Assembly (NCBI GenBank): GCA_965246715.1
Contig: CBDFFH010000020.1
Span: forward strand, 96,001-160,000
Origin: Chamaesiphon sp.
GTDB taxonomy: Bacteria; Cyanobacteriota; Cyanobacteriia; Cyanobacteriales; Chamaesiphonaceae
Length of the DNA stretch: 64,000 nt
Reading direction: 5' to 3'
A program made the position numbers and the translations under genes. Position 1 is the stretch's first letter. Each line of letters starts with the position of its first letter. The notes beneath the pieces are model-generated. The model saw nothing but the letters and a program-made list of their open reading frames with translations, did no database searches and had not been told where the DNA came from. Below, in pieces: positions 29,690 through 39,601 of the stretch.

Positions 29690-30067
29690 ATGAAATTACG
29701 TCTAGTTTGGATTTTCATCAGCGTGATATTTATGTGTTTTCTATTTTCACCACCAGCCTTTTCCGCAGCTACCCAATGTGGAATCCATAAAGGAGATGGC
29801 TGGCGATGTGCCAAAGACAATTATCAAGCTGACACGATCCGAATCGGCAATGAGTCAACTCAGTCTGTCTCTTTTAAAGTCGGCATCTGGACTAGCACTT
29901 GTGGCAAAAAAGGATCTGAAATATCTAATAATAGTTTTTCTGTCGGATCGAGATCTTTTACCACAGTTCCATTGATTGCAGCTAAAGCTAATCAGTGCGT
30001 GGAAATGTTTGTTTATGATTGCTCGACAGATGCCTGTTCAAAAGTTCTTTCCGCCCATACACTTTAG
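29690..30067 (+). CDS. Secreted small Cys-rich hypothetical protein
   Basis: Signal peptide (..PPAFSA), six Cys in the mature part. Confidence 0.65.
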   Translation: MKLRLVWIFISVIFMCFLFSPPAFSAATQCGIHKGDGWRCAKDNYQADTIRIGNESTQSVSFKVGIWTSTCGKKGSEISNNSFSVGSRSFTTVPLIAAKANQCVEMFVYDCSTDACSKVLSAHTL

Positions 30068-30123
30068 CAAAAATGCCAACCTCGATCGAGCCTATTTCAG
30101 CGATCGCTAGACCATGACTCGAT

Positions 30124-30147
30124 TCTCATTCTGAGAGGCTTCGCCAA
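30124..30147 (-). mobile_element. 24-nt double-hairpin micro-element (intergenic)
   Basis: cg|TT GGC-gaa-GCC TCTCA-gaa-TGAGA|atcg. Confidence 0.9.
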
Positions 30148-30208
30148 CGAGAAATAATTGTATTTCCAAAGTAGATTTACACATCATTTTCTAAATAGGA
30201 GCATCAAA

Positions 30209-31057
30209 ATGTTACCTAATAATCATCCGCCAATCGTATTTATTCACGGACTCTGGCTGCATGGCGAATCTTGGCACAAGTGGCTAAATTTCTTCCATCA
30301 ACACGGTTACGACGCGATCGCTGCCACTTGGCCAGGAGATGGGGATACCACCGCAGCAACTCGCCAGAACGCCAATGCTCTCGCAGGTTATGGCGTGACC
30401 GAGATTGCCAACCATATCGCCAAACAGCTCCAACAGTTCCAGCAACAGCCGATCCTCATCGGTCACTCTTTCGGTGGAATTCTCGCTCAAAACCTGCTGG
30501 GACGCAACCTTGCCGCCGCAGCAATCGCGATCGATCCTGCCCCGATTAAGGGCGTACCTGAGTTGCCTTTCTCAGCACTCAAATCGGCCTTCCCAGTGCT
30601 GGGAAATCCTTGCAACTTTAAACTAGCTGTATCCCTGACCGAGCAACAGTTTCGCTTCAGTTTCACCAATGCTGTTTCCAGACAGGAAGCCAGAGAACTG
30701 TACGAAATGTATGCAATTCCTGCTCCAGGGAAACCGCTATTCCAAGCGGCTACGGCAATGTTCAACCCCAACTCAGCGGTGAAGATCGATGTCGCCAACC
30801 CGACTCGCGGCCCACTATTGCTGATATCGGGCGCAAAGGACAACACAGTCCCGCCTGTAATCGTCAAGAGTACGCTCAAACTGTATCGCAGGTCGCCAGC
30901 CGTGACAGATTTCCAAGAATTCGCAGGTCGCGGTCACTCGTTGACGATCGACAGCGGTTGGCGGGAAATTGCCGAATCTTGTCTAGACTGGCTGGATTCT
31001 CAGCGACTGAAATCGAAGATCGAAATGCGATCGCTCACATCTTGCACCAGTACATAA
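30209..31057 (+). CDS. Alpha/beta hydrolase; last codons replaced by the IS end
   Basis: FIHGLW, IGHSFGG, DNTVP, RGHSL; original end probably MRSPIKFEL* after 32264. Confidence 0.88.
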   Translation: MLPNNHPPIVFIHGLWLHGESWHKWLNFFHQHGYDAIAATWPGDGDTTAATRQNANALAGYGVTEIANHIAKQLQQFQQQPILIGHSFGGILAQNLLGRNLAAAAIAIDPAPIKGVPELPFSALKSAFPVLGNPCNFKLAVSLTEQQFRFSFTNAVSRQEARELYEMYAIPAPGKPLFQAATAMFNPNSAVKIDVANPTRGPLLLISGAKDNTVPPVIVKSTLKLYRRSPAVTDFQEFAGRGHSLTIDSGWREIAESCLDWLDSQRLKSKIEMRSLTSCTST

Positions 31058-32263
31058 CAACTGATTTTCGCAGGAGTCAAAATATGAGAAAAAGGGCGTG
31101 TAAAAACATTGATGAGAACAGTGAATACCATTCTCCCGTACGCCCAATTAATACTCTACACGTTGTTAGAGCTGATGCCCAGTCCCTATCAGAAACTTAG
31201 TCTCCAAGCTAGTTTCGCTCTATTTATGGAACCTAAGAATGGTCAAATGTTACCAGAACATGGGGTGATTAAATCACCTGCGGCTTTGAGCAGATTTTTC
31301 AATGAATATGGGTGGCCAACCAGAGCCGTGATTCGTACGACTCGCCAACATATTTTGAAACAGTTGAGTAATTACACAGCCAAAGGACAAAGACCTTACT
31401 TGCAGGTAATTATCGATCTGACTACATTGGAGAAAAGGGGGAAATTCAAAGCATTTGCAACGTTGATACATATTCTCAACGGTAAGCGAGGACTGCATTT
31501 GGTTGTACTGTACTTAGTCGTTGGACAGTGGAGAATACCTTGGGCGTTCCGTTCCTGGCGTGGTAAAGGCACAACTACTCCTGCTCAATTGGGGCTAAAA
31601 TTGCTCCGCACCTTGCCCAAGAAACTCACTTACCGCTTTCGAGTCCAAGTATTAGCCGATACTGGATTTAGTAGTGTCGAATTCCTCAACGGGGTCAAAA
31701 AACTTCGTCATCAAGCAATTGTTGGTATACCGAATAACCGGAAACTGGCAGATGGGAGACAGATGAAGATGCTAGGCAAGAAGGGTCAACAAGTTAAGCT
31801 ATCAGGTTTAGAGGGCGTGGTTACGGCTTCCTGGTTCTACTTAAAACGGGATGGTAAGTTGGAGAAAAGATTTGTGATTTCGACCCGCGCTCTTAAAGGC
31901 AGTACGATTGCTTGGTGGGGCAGTCGTCGATGGGCAATTGAAGGATTTTTCAAGACTGCTAAATATCGATTTGGGCTGGCTAGCTTCGGTCAACAAACAC
32001 TTTTAGGTGTATACCGTTGGCTGCTTCTGAGCTTTATTAGTTTTGTACTCACCCACTGGGTCTATTTATCCTCAAACGTAAGCCTTCCGCCTGAGTGGAG
32101 ACAGGAATCTGAGCTGGCACTTCAACAGTTAATGCCACAGATCGCAGTGAGTTTACTTTTAGTAGAAATCGATCGGAAGCGAGACTTTCTGCTCTCGCAG
32201 GGTCTTGCCTTGGAATTAGTCTCGATCTAAATCTAGTACTTATATTCTGGTGCAAGATGTGAG
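31034..32263 (+). mobile_element. IS701-like insertion sequence (1230 bp) inserted in a HIP1 site
   Basis: IRs CTCACATCTTGCACCAG(T/A)A(C/T)ATAA; 4-bp TSD ATCG within GCGATCGC. Confidence 0.88.
31109..32230 (+). CDS. DDE transposase (IS701/IS4-like)
   Basis: IIDLTT, VLADTGFSS, RRWAIEGFFKTAK. Confidence 0.9.
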   Translation: MMRTVNTILPYAQLILYTLLELMPSPYQKLSLQASFALFMEPKNGQMLPEHGVIKSPAALSRFFNEYGWPTRAVIRTTRQHILKQLSNYTAKGQRPYLQVIIDLTTLEKRGKFKAFATLIHILNGKRGLHLVVLYLVVGQWRIPWAFRSWRGKGTTTPAQLGLKLLRTLPKKLTYRFRVQVLADTGFSSVEFLNGVKKLRHQAIVGIPNNRKLADGRQMKMLGKKGQQVKLSGLEGVVTASWFYLKRDGKLEKRFVISTRALKGSTIAWWGSRRWAIEGFFKTAKYRFGLASFGQQTLLGVYRWLLLSFISFVLTHWVYLSSNVSLPPEWRQESELALQQLMPQIAVSLLLVEIDRKRDFLLSQGLALELVSI

Positions 32264-32308
32264 ATCGCCCATCAAATTTGAATTGTAAATATTATCCGAA
32301 GAAAACCA

Positions 32309-33319
32309 ATGAACCATAACAATTTAACCGCTGCCGAACAAGCCGCAGCGACCGATACTATCTTAGATATCGATCGAGACGTTCAAGCTAAAAAGGGGCC
32401 AGATCTGCGAAAAGATCATCCCAAAAGTCATGGCTTAGTTTGGGGAGAATTTATCATTGCAGATAATATTCCTGACTCGTTCAAAGTAGGTATCTTTTCC
32501 CAGCCGAAACCCTATCCAATTTGGGTGCGGTTTTCCAATGCTTCCGATGCCGAAAAACGCGGCAAACTCAAATCGGATCTCGAACCTGATGTTCGGGCAG
32601 TTGCCATCAAACTTCTAGAAGTAGCAGGTGAAAAAGTCATCGATGACGAGCCGGAAAGCCAAGATTTCCTACTCATCAATCATCCGGTTTTTTTCGTCCG
32701 CGATGCCCAAGGTTTTGCCACCCTAACCAAAGCCACAGTCGGGAAAGCAAATGAGGAAGAGCTACAATCCCTAGCACCCACATTTGAAGTCCTCCAAGCC
32801 ATTAGCAGTAAAAAGGTGGCAAATCCACTGCTGATTCAATACTGGAGTACAACGCCCTATCAGTTGGGAGATCGAGCCATTAAGTACACCATCAAACCTC
32901 ATCAGCAAGAGGCTCCGACCGTAATTCCCGACATTGAGAATTACCTGCGAGTAGCCACGATCGATTATCTCTCACAGGGCGATGCCACCTTCGACTTCTT
33001 GGTGCAGCTTTACGTCGATGAAGAGAAAACCCCGATCGAAAATCCGATGCAGGAGTGGCGGGAGGAGGATTCACCGTTTATCAAACTTGCGACGATCTCT
33101 ATCCCCGCGCAGAAATTCGATTTTGACGAGCGGAAGCGATTGGATGAGGGATTGTCCTTCAATCCCTGGCATACATTACCAGCACACGCACCGCTCGGAA
33201 GTGTCAATTTAGCTCGCAAGCATGTTTATCAGGAAATGGCTAAAGCGCGACGGGGCTATATCCAACACCGCATCGAGCATCCGAGATCGCATGGTTCGAT
33301 CTTAGACGATCCTGCTTGA
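32309..33319 (+). CDS. Catalase-fold heme protein (small catalase-related)
   Basis: RKDHPKSHG, WVRFSN, D.RAVAIK, QDFLLINHPVFF, FNPWH, PLGSVNLARK.VY. Confidence 0.85.
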   Translation: MNHNNLTAAEQAAATDTILDIDRDVQAKKGPDLRKDHPKSHGLVWGEFIIADNIPDSFKVGIFSQPKPYPIWVRFSNASDAEKRGKLKSDLEPDVRAVAIKLLEVAGEKVIDDEPESQDFLLINHPVFFVRDAQGFATLTKATVGKANEEELQSLAPTFEVLQAISSKKVANPLLIQYWSTTPYQLGDRAIKYTIKPHQQEAPTVIPDIENYLRVATIDYLSQGDATFDFLVQLYVDEEKTPIENPMQEWREEDSPFIKLATISIPAQKFDFDERKRLDEGLSFNPWHTLPAHAPLGSVNLARKHVYQEMAKARRGYIQHRIEHPRSHGSILDDPA

Positions 33320-33357
33320 AGATTTCATGAGTGTCACGTTACACGAGGAAAATTTTT

Positions 33358-34074
33358 ATGTCGCTCAAAGATAAACATATCGTGCTGATTGGGGCAAGTT
33401 CGGGGATGGGATTAGCCACGGCTAAAGCGGCGGCTGAAGCTGGCGCAAAGGTAACATTGGTATCGCGAAAGCCAGATGCACTCGAACGCGCCGTCACCAA
33501 AGTGGGAGCGGGAGCGCAAGGGATTGTCGCCGACATTGGCGACGAACGGGCGATCGAGTCGTTATTTGCCCAAGTCGAGACGGTAGATCATCTAGTTACG
33601 GCTGCTGCTAATTTGACCTTCTCGCCCGTCCAGCAGCTCGCTGGTGCTGCTGCCAAGCAAATCGTCGCGAGTAAGATTCTCGGCCCCTTCTACGCTGTCA
33701 AACATGGGACATCTCGCTTGAATGAGAACGGTTCGATCGTATTTATATCCGGCTTTTCAGCCTGGAAGCCCGTTCCCGGTACCGCATTGATTGCGGCTGT
33801 GGATAGCGCACTCGCTGGCTTCTGTCGATCGCTCGCCGTCGAGCTGGCTCCGATTCGAGTCAATGTCATGGCACCAGGCGTAGTTGAAACGTTGATGTGG
33901 GAAGGCGTACCGGAGGCTGAACGCAAAGCATTTTTTGCAACTATCAGCGAACAGTTACCCGTTAAGCGGATGGGTACCTTAACGGATATGGCAGATGCAG
34001 TTCTGTATCTGATGCAAAACAGTTTCATCACGGGAACGGTACTTCATGTTGATGGGGGACATCAACTCATTTAA
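33358..34074 (+). CDS. SDR family oxidoreductase
   Basis: IGASSGMG, ELAPIRVNVMAPG, VDGG. Confidence 0.88.
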   Translation: MSLKDKHIVLIGASSGMGLATAKAAAEAGAKVTLVSRKPDALERAVTKVGAGAQGIVADIGDERAIESLFAQVETVDHLVTAAANLTFSPVQQLAGAAAKQIVASKILGPFYAVKHGTSRLNENGSIVFISGFSAWKPVPGTALIAAVDSALAGFCRSLAVELAPIRVNVMAPGVVETLMWEGVPEAERKAFFATISEQLPVKRMGTLTDMADAVLYLMQNSFITGTVLHVDGGHQLI

Positions 34075-34107
34075 TTCACCACTAACACGAGATCGGGAGA
34101 AAAAATC

Positions 34108-35667
34108 ATGACTCAATACGATTACATTATCATCGGTGCGGGTTCGGCAGGCTGCGTGGTTGCGAACCGTTTGACTGAAGATAACAACACAACAGTTCTA
34201 TTACTCGAAGCTGGTAATCCAGATACAAAGCCAGAGATTCAAACCCCATTAGAAGGGATGAAGCTACTAGGCTCTGAGGTGGATTGGAGCTATTTCTCCG
34301 AACCAGAACCATACCTAAATAACCGCAAAATCTTTTGTCCTCGTGGCAAAGTTCTGGGTGGTAGTAGCTCGATTAATTTCATGGTTTATATCCGAGGCAA
34401 TCATCGCGATTACGATCGGTGGCAGTCATTGGGCAATCCTGGTTGGAGTTATCAGGATCTGTTGCCATATTTCAAGAAATCCGAGCATCAACAACGCGGA
34501 GCTGACGCATACCACAGTGTGGATGGGGAATTGAGCGTTACGGATCTGATTTCCCCCACTGTAACATCCCAATTATTTGTCGAAGCAGCGATCGAAATGG
34601 GATATCCCTATAATCCCGACTTCAACGGTATCCACCAAGAAGGTGCGGGCATCTACCAGATGACAATTAAGGATGGTAAGCGTCACAGTGCCGCTGCTGC
34701 ATTTCTCCAACCCATTCTCCAGCGTCCCAATTTGACGATAACGACAGGCGCATTGGTGACTCGGTTGTTATTTGAGGGCAACCGTACCGTTGGGGTGGAA
34801 TACTTGCACGAGGGCACGCTACACCAAATCCGAGTTAACCAGGAAGTTATTCTAAGTGCTGGCGCATTCGACTCGCCCAAACTGCTGATGCTCTCAGGCA
34901 TTGGCAATGCCGAACACCTGCGCTCGTTGAGTATCCCCGTCGTAGTCGATTTGCCAGGTGTCGGTCAAAATCTCCAAGATCATCCGATCGTGCCTGTAGC
35001 ACATCAGATCGATCGGGATATACACCCAGCAATTACTAGTAATGGCATCGCTGAAGCCGCATTGTTTTTGCATAGCGAGAATAACCTTGATGCTGCACCA
35101 GATTTGAACTTTTTCTCATGTCCCGTATTTTTAGCACCCCCTAACTATGCCCCTGCTGGTACGGGATTTGTTGGTTTAGTCTGTTTGACTCATCCCGAAA
35201 GTCGGGGTAGTGTCAGCTTACGTTCGTCCGATCCCCAAGATCCGCCGAGTATTTTGATGAACTATCTCCAAAGTAGTTCCGATCTGCAAAAGGTAGTTGT
35301 TGGGGTTAAACTCATCCGCCAACTATTTCAAACCACTGCTTTCGATGAGTTTCGCGGTGAGGAAGTCGCTCCTGGCGATAATGTTCAAAGCGACGAAGCG
35401 ATCGAATCCCATATCCGAGCATCTTGCACTACTTTATATCATCCAGTCGGCACCTGCAAAATGGGCACAGATCCAATGGCGGTTGTAGATCCCGAAGTAC
35501 GGGTACATGGGGTGCGGGGATTGCGAGTGGTAGATGCTTCAATTATGCCAACTTTAACTACTGGCAATACTAGCGCGCCGACGATCGCGATCGGCGAAAA
35601 AGCTGCCGATTTAATTAAAGAGGCAAGTGGCGTTTTACATCAAGTACCTGCCACAGTTTTCAATTAA
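34108..35667 (+). CDS. GMC oxidoreductase (choline dehydrogenase-like)
   Basis: [54 protein letters not shown]. Confidence 0.93.
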   Translation: MTQYDYIIIGAGSAGCVVANRLTEDNNTTVLLLEAGNPDTKPEIQTPLEGMKLLGSEVDWSYFSEPEPYLNNRKIFCPRGKVLGGSSSINFMVYIRGNHRDYDRWQSLGNPGWSYQDLLPYFKKSEHQQRGADAYHSVDGELSVTDLISPTVTSQLFVEAAIEMGYPYNPDFNGIHQEGAGIYQMTIKDGKRHSAAAAFLQPILQRPNLTITTGALVTRLLFEGNRTVGVEYLHEGTLHQIRVNQEVILSAGAFDSPKLLMLSGIGNAEHLRSLSIPVVVDLPGVGQNLQDHPIVPVAHQIDRDIHPAITSNGIAEAALFLHSENNLDAAPDLNFFSCPVFLAPPNYAPAGTGFVGLVCLTHPESRGSVSLRSSDPQDPPSILMNYLQSSSDLQKVVVGVKLIRQLFQTTAFDEFRGEEVAPGDNVQSDEAIESHIRASCTTLYHPVGTCKMGTDPMAVVDPEVRVHGVRGLRVVDASIMPTLTTGNTSAPTIAIGEKAADLIKEASGVLHQVPATVFN

Positions 35668-35691
35668 CAAATGTGCGTGGCTCGAATATTT

Positions 35692-35723
35692 ACTGTGGGT
35701 TGAACGTAGTTTCACCCCACAGT
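35692..35723. terminator. Hairpin between convergent genes (terminator or REP-like)
   Basis: ACTGTGGG.TGAA-cgtagt-TTCA.CCCACAGT. Confidence 0.5.
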
Positions 35724-35804
35724 CTGGATTAAAATAAGTGCCAATTTAAGGGCATTTTCGATAGTCATCATTTTACTCCTACGTTTGTGTAATGGTATCG
35801 ATCG

Positions 35805-36695
35805 TTAAAAAGCAGCCGCAAATTCTTTGGCAAAATCTGCCAGCTTTACTTTGCCCATCACCATTGGTTTATTGCGATAATAATCTTCTGCCAATAAACC
35901 GCTATGAAGACTGGCATACATTTCAACTAAACCAGCAGCAATTTGTGGATTCATTCCAGCAGATTCTAAATCACTGAGCATTTGTGCGTTGCCAATAATT
36001 ATCCATTGTAGATCGGGTTTGCCAATTGCCGCACCTAAAATACGCGCAGTTTCGTTACCTGTAAGTTCCTCACTTGCTACATACCGCACCTTTCTACCAA
36101 CCAGCGGTATTGCTATTTCTTCAGCAATTACCGCCGCAATATCGATTGGCGAAACCCAAGGGATTTTGTCATCTGCACCGTAGTTGGCGGCGATCCCACC
36201 CACCGCTTTTATCGTCTCCACATAGCCAAATAAATTATAGTAGAAAGAAGTAGGACGCAGATGAGTAATGGCTACATCTGATGATAATTTGTTGAGAATC
36301 TGCTCTACATCGTGAGCACCAAGTAAAATCCCCGATCCTTGCTCTAAATGAGCACCAATGCTACTTAGGTTCACCACCCGTTTTACGCCTGATTGCCTGA
36401 TGGCTCGTGCGTAGTTATTGCCGAGTCGGCGATAATATGCCAACAGATCGAGAGTAAGATCGAAGTAGTTGTTTGGCGGCACCATACAATAAACGGCATC
36501 TGCACCTGTAAAGGTGGACACCAAGAAATCGACATCTTCTAATGAGCCAATGGCGGCGGTGGCTCCCAATGCTTCAATGTCTGTTTGTCTTTGCTCATTG
36601 CTACTTATTACCGTTACGTGATGTCCTTTTTGCACCAATTCTTTTGTCAGTGGCTTGCTGATGTTTCCGAGTGAACCTGTAACGATAACTTTCAT
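35805..36695 (-). CDS. NmrA-like NAD(P)H-binding protein
   Basis: VTGSLGNIS, VNLSSIGA, LRPTSFYYN, VSPIDIA. Confidence 0.88.
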   Translation of the reverse strand: MKVIVTGSLGNISKPLTKELVQKGHHVTVISSNEQRQTDIEALGATAAIGSLEDVDFLVSTFTGADAVYCMVPPNNYFDLTLDLLAYYRRLGNNYARAIRQSGVKRVVNLSSIGAHLEQGSGILLGAHDVEQILNKLSSDVAITHLRPTSFYYNLFGYVETIKAVGGIAANYGADDKIPWVSPIDIAAVIAEEIAIPLVGRKVRYVASEELTGNETARILGAAIGKPDLQWIIIGNAQMLSDLESAGMNPQIAAGLVEMYASLHSGLLAEDYYRNKPMVMGKVKLADFAKEFAAAF

Positions 36696-36746
36696 GAGTA
36701 CCTCATTTGGTATGGTTTGATCGGTTGGAGGGTTAACTATCCAGAA

Positions 36747-37481
36747 CTACCACAGGCTCTCTCCTGTTTCTGGGCTGTTGTCATCACTCAAAAACTTTCC
36801 GGTCGGGCCGTCCGCTTCGATGGTGGCATATTTCACCAACCGCGCGGCGGCATCTTCTACAGTCCCAGGGCCACTGTGCTGGTTAAAATCTGTGGCAGTA
36901 TATCCGGGATCGACAGCATTGACTTTAAACGGTGTATCCCGCAATTCGGAAGCCAGAACGATCGTGTACATATTAAGTGCCGCTTTTGATGAGTTATAAA
37001 CAGCCGCTTTAACGTTGTAATACTTCCAATTAGGGTCGTTGTGTAGGGTGAGCGAACCCAAACCTGAGGTTACATTCACGATGCGGGGTTGGGTAGACTT
37101 TTGCAGCAAATCTATGAAAGCCTGGGTAACTCTCACAACACCAAACAAATTCGTATCAAACACCTGCTTAAAAACAGCTATGTCTGTACTTGTTGTCTGA
37201 GGCATACCACCACTAATACCCGCGTTATTAATCAGTACATCCAATACTTTGGTTTTTTTGCCGATTTCGACTCTTGCCGCTTTTACTGATTCATCATTGC
37301 TGACATCTATTTGGATGGCTTCGAGATTATTCAAGCTTTCGGCTTTGAGCTTTTCGACAGCTTCTAGACCATTCTCTAAATTACGGCTGCCTAAATAAAT
37401 GTAATATCCCTGTTGCAACAGTTGACGGGCGGTTTCAAAACCAATACTTTTATTGGCTCCAGTGATTAGTGCTGTTTTCAT
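36747..37481 (-). CDS. SDR (carbonyl reductase-like)
   Basis: TGANKSIG, LINNAG, YNSSK, VDPGYTATD. Confidence 0.9.
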   Translation of the reverse strand: MKTALITGANKSIGFETARQLLQQGYYIYLGSRNLENGLEAVEKLKAESLNNLEAIQIDVSNDESVKAARVEIGKKTKVLDVLINNAGISGGMPQTTSTDIAVFKQVFDTNLFGVVRVTQAFIDLLQKSTQPRIVNVTSGLGSLTLHNDPNWKYYNVKAAVYNSSKAALNMYTIVLASELRDTPFKVNAVDPGYTATDFNQHSGPGTVEDAAARLVKYATIEADGPTGKFLSDDNSPETGESLW

Positions 37482-37573
37482 TTTGATTGTTCTCCCGATA
37501 TTTTTAGATAAATTTTGAATTCATTGACCGATACAAGATCGATTGCTTTCGGATCTCCTCGTTGCTGAAGCCG

Positions 37574-38626
37574 CTATTGCCAGCCTCGAACGATCGTGCC
37601 GCCGAAGATACTGCGATTTATTTCTGGGGTGAAAATGCTGTAGGGAAATCCTGGATCGATCGCACTGCTCTCATCCATAGTCTTTAGCTGTTCTGGGGTA
37701 AGGCGGATTTCTAGTGAGGACAAGTTATCGTGCAACTGCTCCAGCTTGCTGGCTCCCAAGATCGGTGCGGTCATCCCTGGTTGTGCCGAAACCCAGGCGA
37801 GGGCAACCTGTGCTAGCGGACGCTCGATCTGCGCCGCTACCGTCCGCAGGGTATCGAGAACGCGCCAGTTGCGATCTGTAAACATCATATTCCCGAACGG
37901 ATTGGAGCCAATCAGCCGACCTTCACCGCTTGCCCCATCGCTCTCGCGCTGATACTTACCCGTCAGGAAGCCTGCTGCCAACGGACTCCAGGGGCAGATG
38001 CCCAGACCGCATTCACGGGCGGCGGGGAGATGTTCGCGCTCGATATTACGCTCGACGAGTGAATACGCCAGTTGCATGGCAATTGGACTGGGGAGATTAT
38101 GCGCTGCTGCTAGTGTGGCAGACTTAGTGGCGTACCAAGCGGGGATATCTGAGAAACCAAAGTAGCGAATCTTGCCAGCGCGTACTAGGTCGCCGAGGGT
38201 CTGAAGCACCTCTTCGACGGGCGTGACCATATCCCAAACGTGCATCCAATACAGGTCTACATAGTCGGTATTGAGACGGCGCAGCGATCCCTCCAGCGCA
38301 CGGTGGATGTTCTTGCGACCGTTGCCACCAGTATTCGGGTTGCCAGATTCGCCGCCATGAAAACCGCATTTGGTGGCGAGTACCAATCGATCGCGCAAAT
38401 TGCGATCGGTAATATAGCCACCGATGAGTTCTTCGCTCCGACCGTTTGCATACACGTCGGCGGTATCGATGAAGTTACCACCTGCCTCGACGTAGGCGTG
38501 GAAGATTGACTCGGAAACGTCATCGGGCGAACCCCATCGCTGGGTACCAAAGGTCATAGTGCCCAGACCTAATGGACTAACAATCAGTCCAGAGCGACCG
38601 AGAGTGCGGTAGGATGTGAGGCTCAT
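37574..38626 (-). CDS. Aldo/keto reductase
   Basis: LGLGTMTFG, FIDTADVY, LATK, GKIRYFG.S, WSPLAAGFLTGKY. Confidence 0.93.
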   Translation of the reverse strand: MSLTSYRTLGRSGLIVSPLGLGTMTFGTQRWGSPDDVSESIFHAYVEAGGNFIDTADVYANGRSEELIGGYITDRNLRDRLVLATKCGFHGGESGNPNTGGNGRKNIHRALEGSLRRLNTDYVDLYWMHVWDMVTPVEEVLQTLGDLVRAGKIRYFGFSDIPAWYATKSATLAAAHNLPSPIAMQLAYSLVERNIEREHLPAARECGLGICPWSPLAAGFLTGKYQRESDGASGEGRLIGSNPFGNMMFTDRNWRVLDTLRTVAAQIERPLAQVALAWVSAQPGMTAPILGASKLEQLHDNLSSLEIRLTPEQLKTMDESSAIDPGFPYSIFTPEINRSIFGGTIVRGWQ

Positions 38627-38693
38627 TGGATTCTTTCCTGGTTAGAATAAAGTCGGTGGTAGTGGCGGATCTCGCTTTCGTCGCGTTCGATGC

Positions 38694-39428
38694 CTAGTAT
38701 GCGCTGGCTGTGGAACGGACGATGATTTCATTGATATCGATATCCTCTGGCTGCGAAACAGCATATAAAACCGCTTTGGCGATCGCCTCTGAACTTAATG
38801 CGGTTTTACGGAGTTCCTTCAAAAAGCCCTGTGATACCTCATCCGTGATGTCAGAGCCAAGTTCGGTTTCAGTTACGCCTGGAGATATAATCGTCACGCG
38901 AATGTTCTTGGATTCCTGCCGTAATCCATCCGAGATCGCCCAAACAGCATATTTGGTTGCCGAATAGACTGCACTAGTCGGCCCCACCGTATGGGCGGCG
39001 ATCGAAGCATTATTAATAATCTGTCCGCCACCTTGGGCTGTCATGATTGGTAGCACCGCTGCAATGCCATTCAAGACACCGTGAATATTCACATCAATCA
39101 TCTTGTCCCACTCATCAACTTTAAGATCTTTCATCAGGGACAAGGGCATCACTCCGGCATTATTAAAGATGACATCAATTCGTCCAAACTTATCTTTGGC
39201 AAATTGGACGATCTCGGCGAATTGACTGCGTTGGGTCACATCGAGAGCTTGGTATTCAGCGATACCACCCTCAGCATGAATCTCTTTGACAATTGTTTCT
39301 AATCGCTCGATCCGCCGTGCGCCCAAAACTACTTTCGCGCCATTTTTAGCCAGCAACTTGGCAGTAGCTTCACCAATTCCGCTACTAGCTCCAGTAATAA
39401 TAACAACTTTATTTTCTACGTTTAACAT
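38694..39428 (-). CDS. SDR family oxidoreductase
   Basis: TGASSGIG, NNAGVMP, YSATK. Confidence 0.92.
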   Translation of the reverse strand: MLNVENKVVIITGASSGIGEATAKLLAKNGAKVVLGARRIERLETIVKEIHAEGGIAEYQALDVTQRSQFAEIVQFAKDKFGRIDVIFNNAGVMPLSLMKDLKVDEWDKMIDVNIHGVLNGIAAVLPIMTAQGGGQIINNASIAAHTVGPTSAVYSATKYAVWAISDGLRQESKNIRVTIISPGVTETELGSDITDEVSQGFLKELRKTALSSEAIAKAVLYAVSQPEDIDINEIIVRSTASAY

Positions 39429-39480
39429 GGTTGTCTTTTCTGTTTGATGCCGATGAATTCATAGTAAAAGCAGCAGCCCC

Positions 39481-39524
39481 AGTTTTAAATACACAGACCT
39501 CGCTGTTTATTGCCTAATCCTCCA
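39481..39524. promoter_or_regulatory. Conserved 44-bp operator in the AraC divergent promoter (copy 2)
   Basis: 41/44 match to 2323-2366. Confidence 0.7.
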
Positions 39525-39601
39525 AGTCAAGCTTTTGGGCAGAGATTAGATACGTTAGAATGCTCGAAAGGAAACGAGCGAATCCTGACGGAGTAACTAG
39601 C

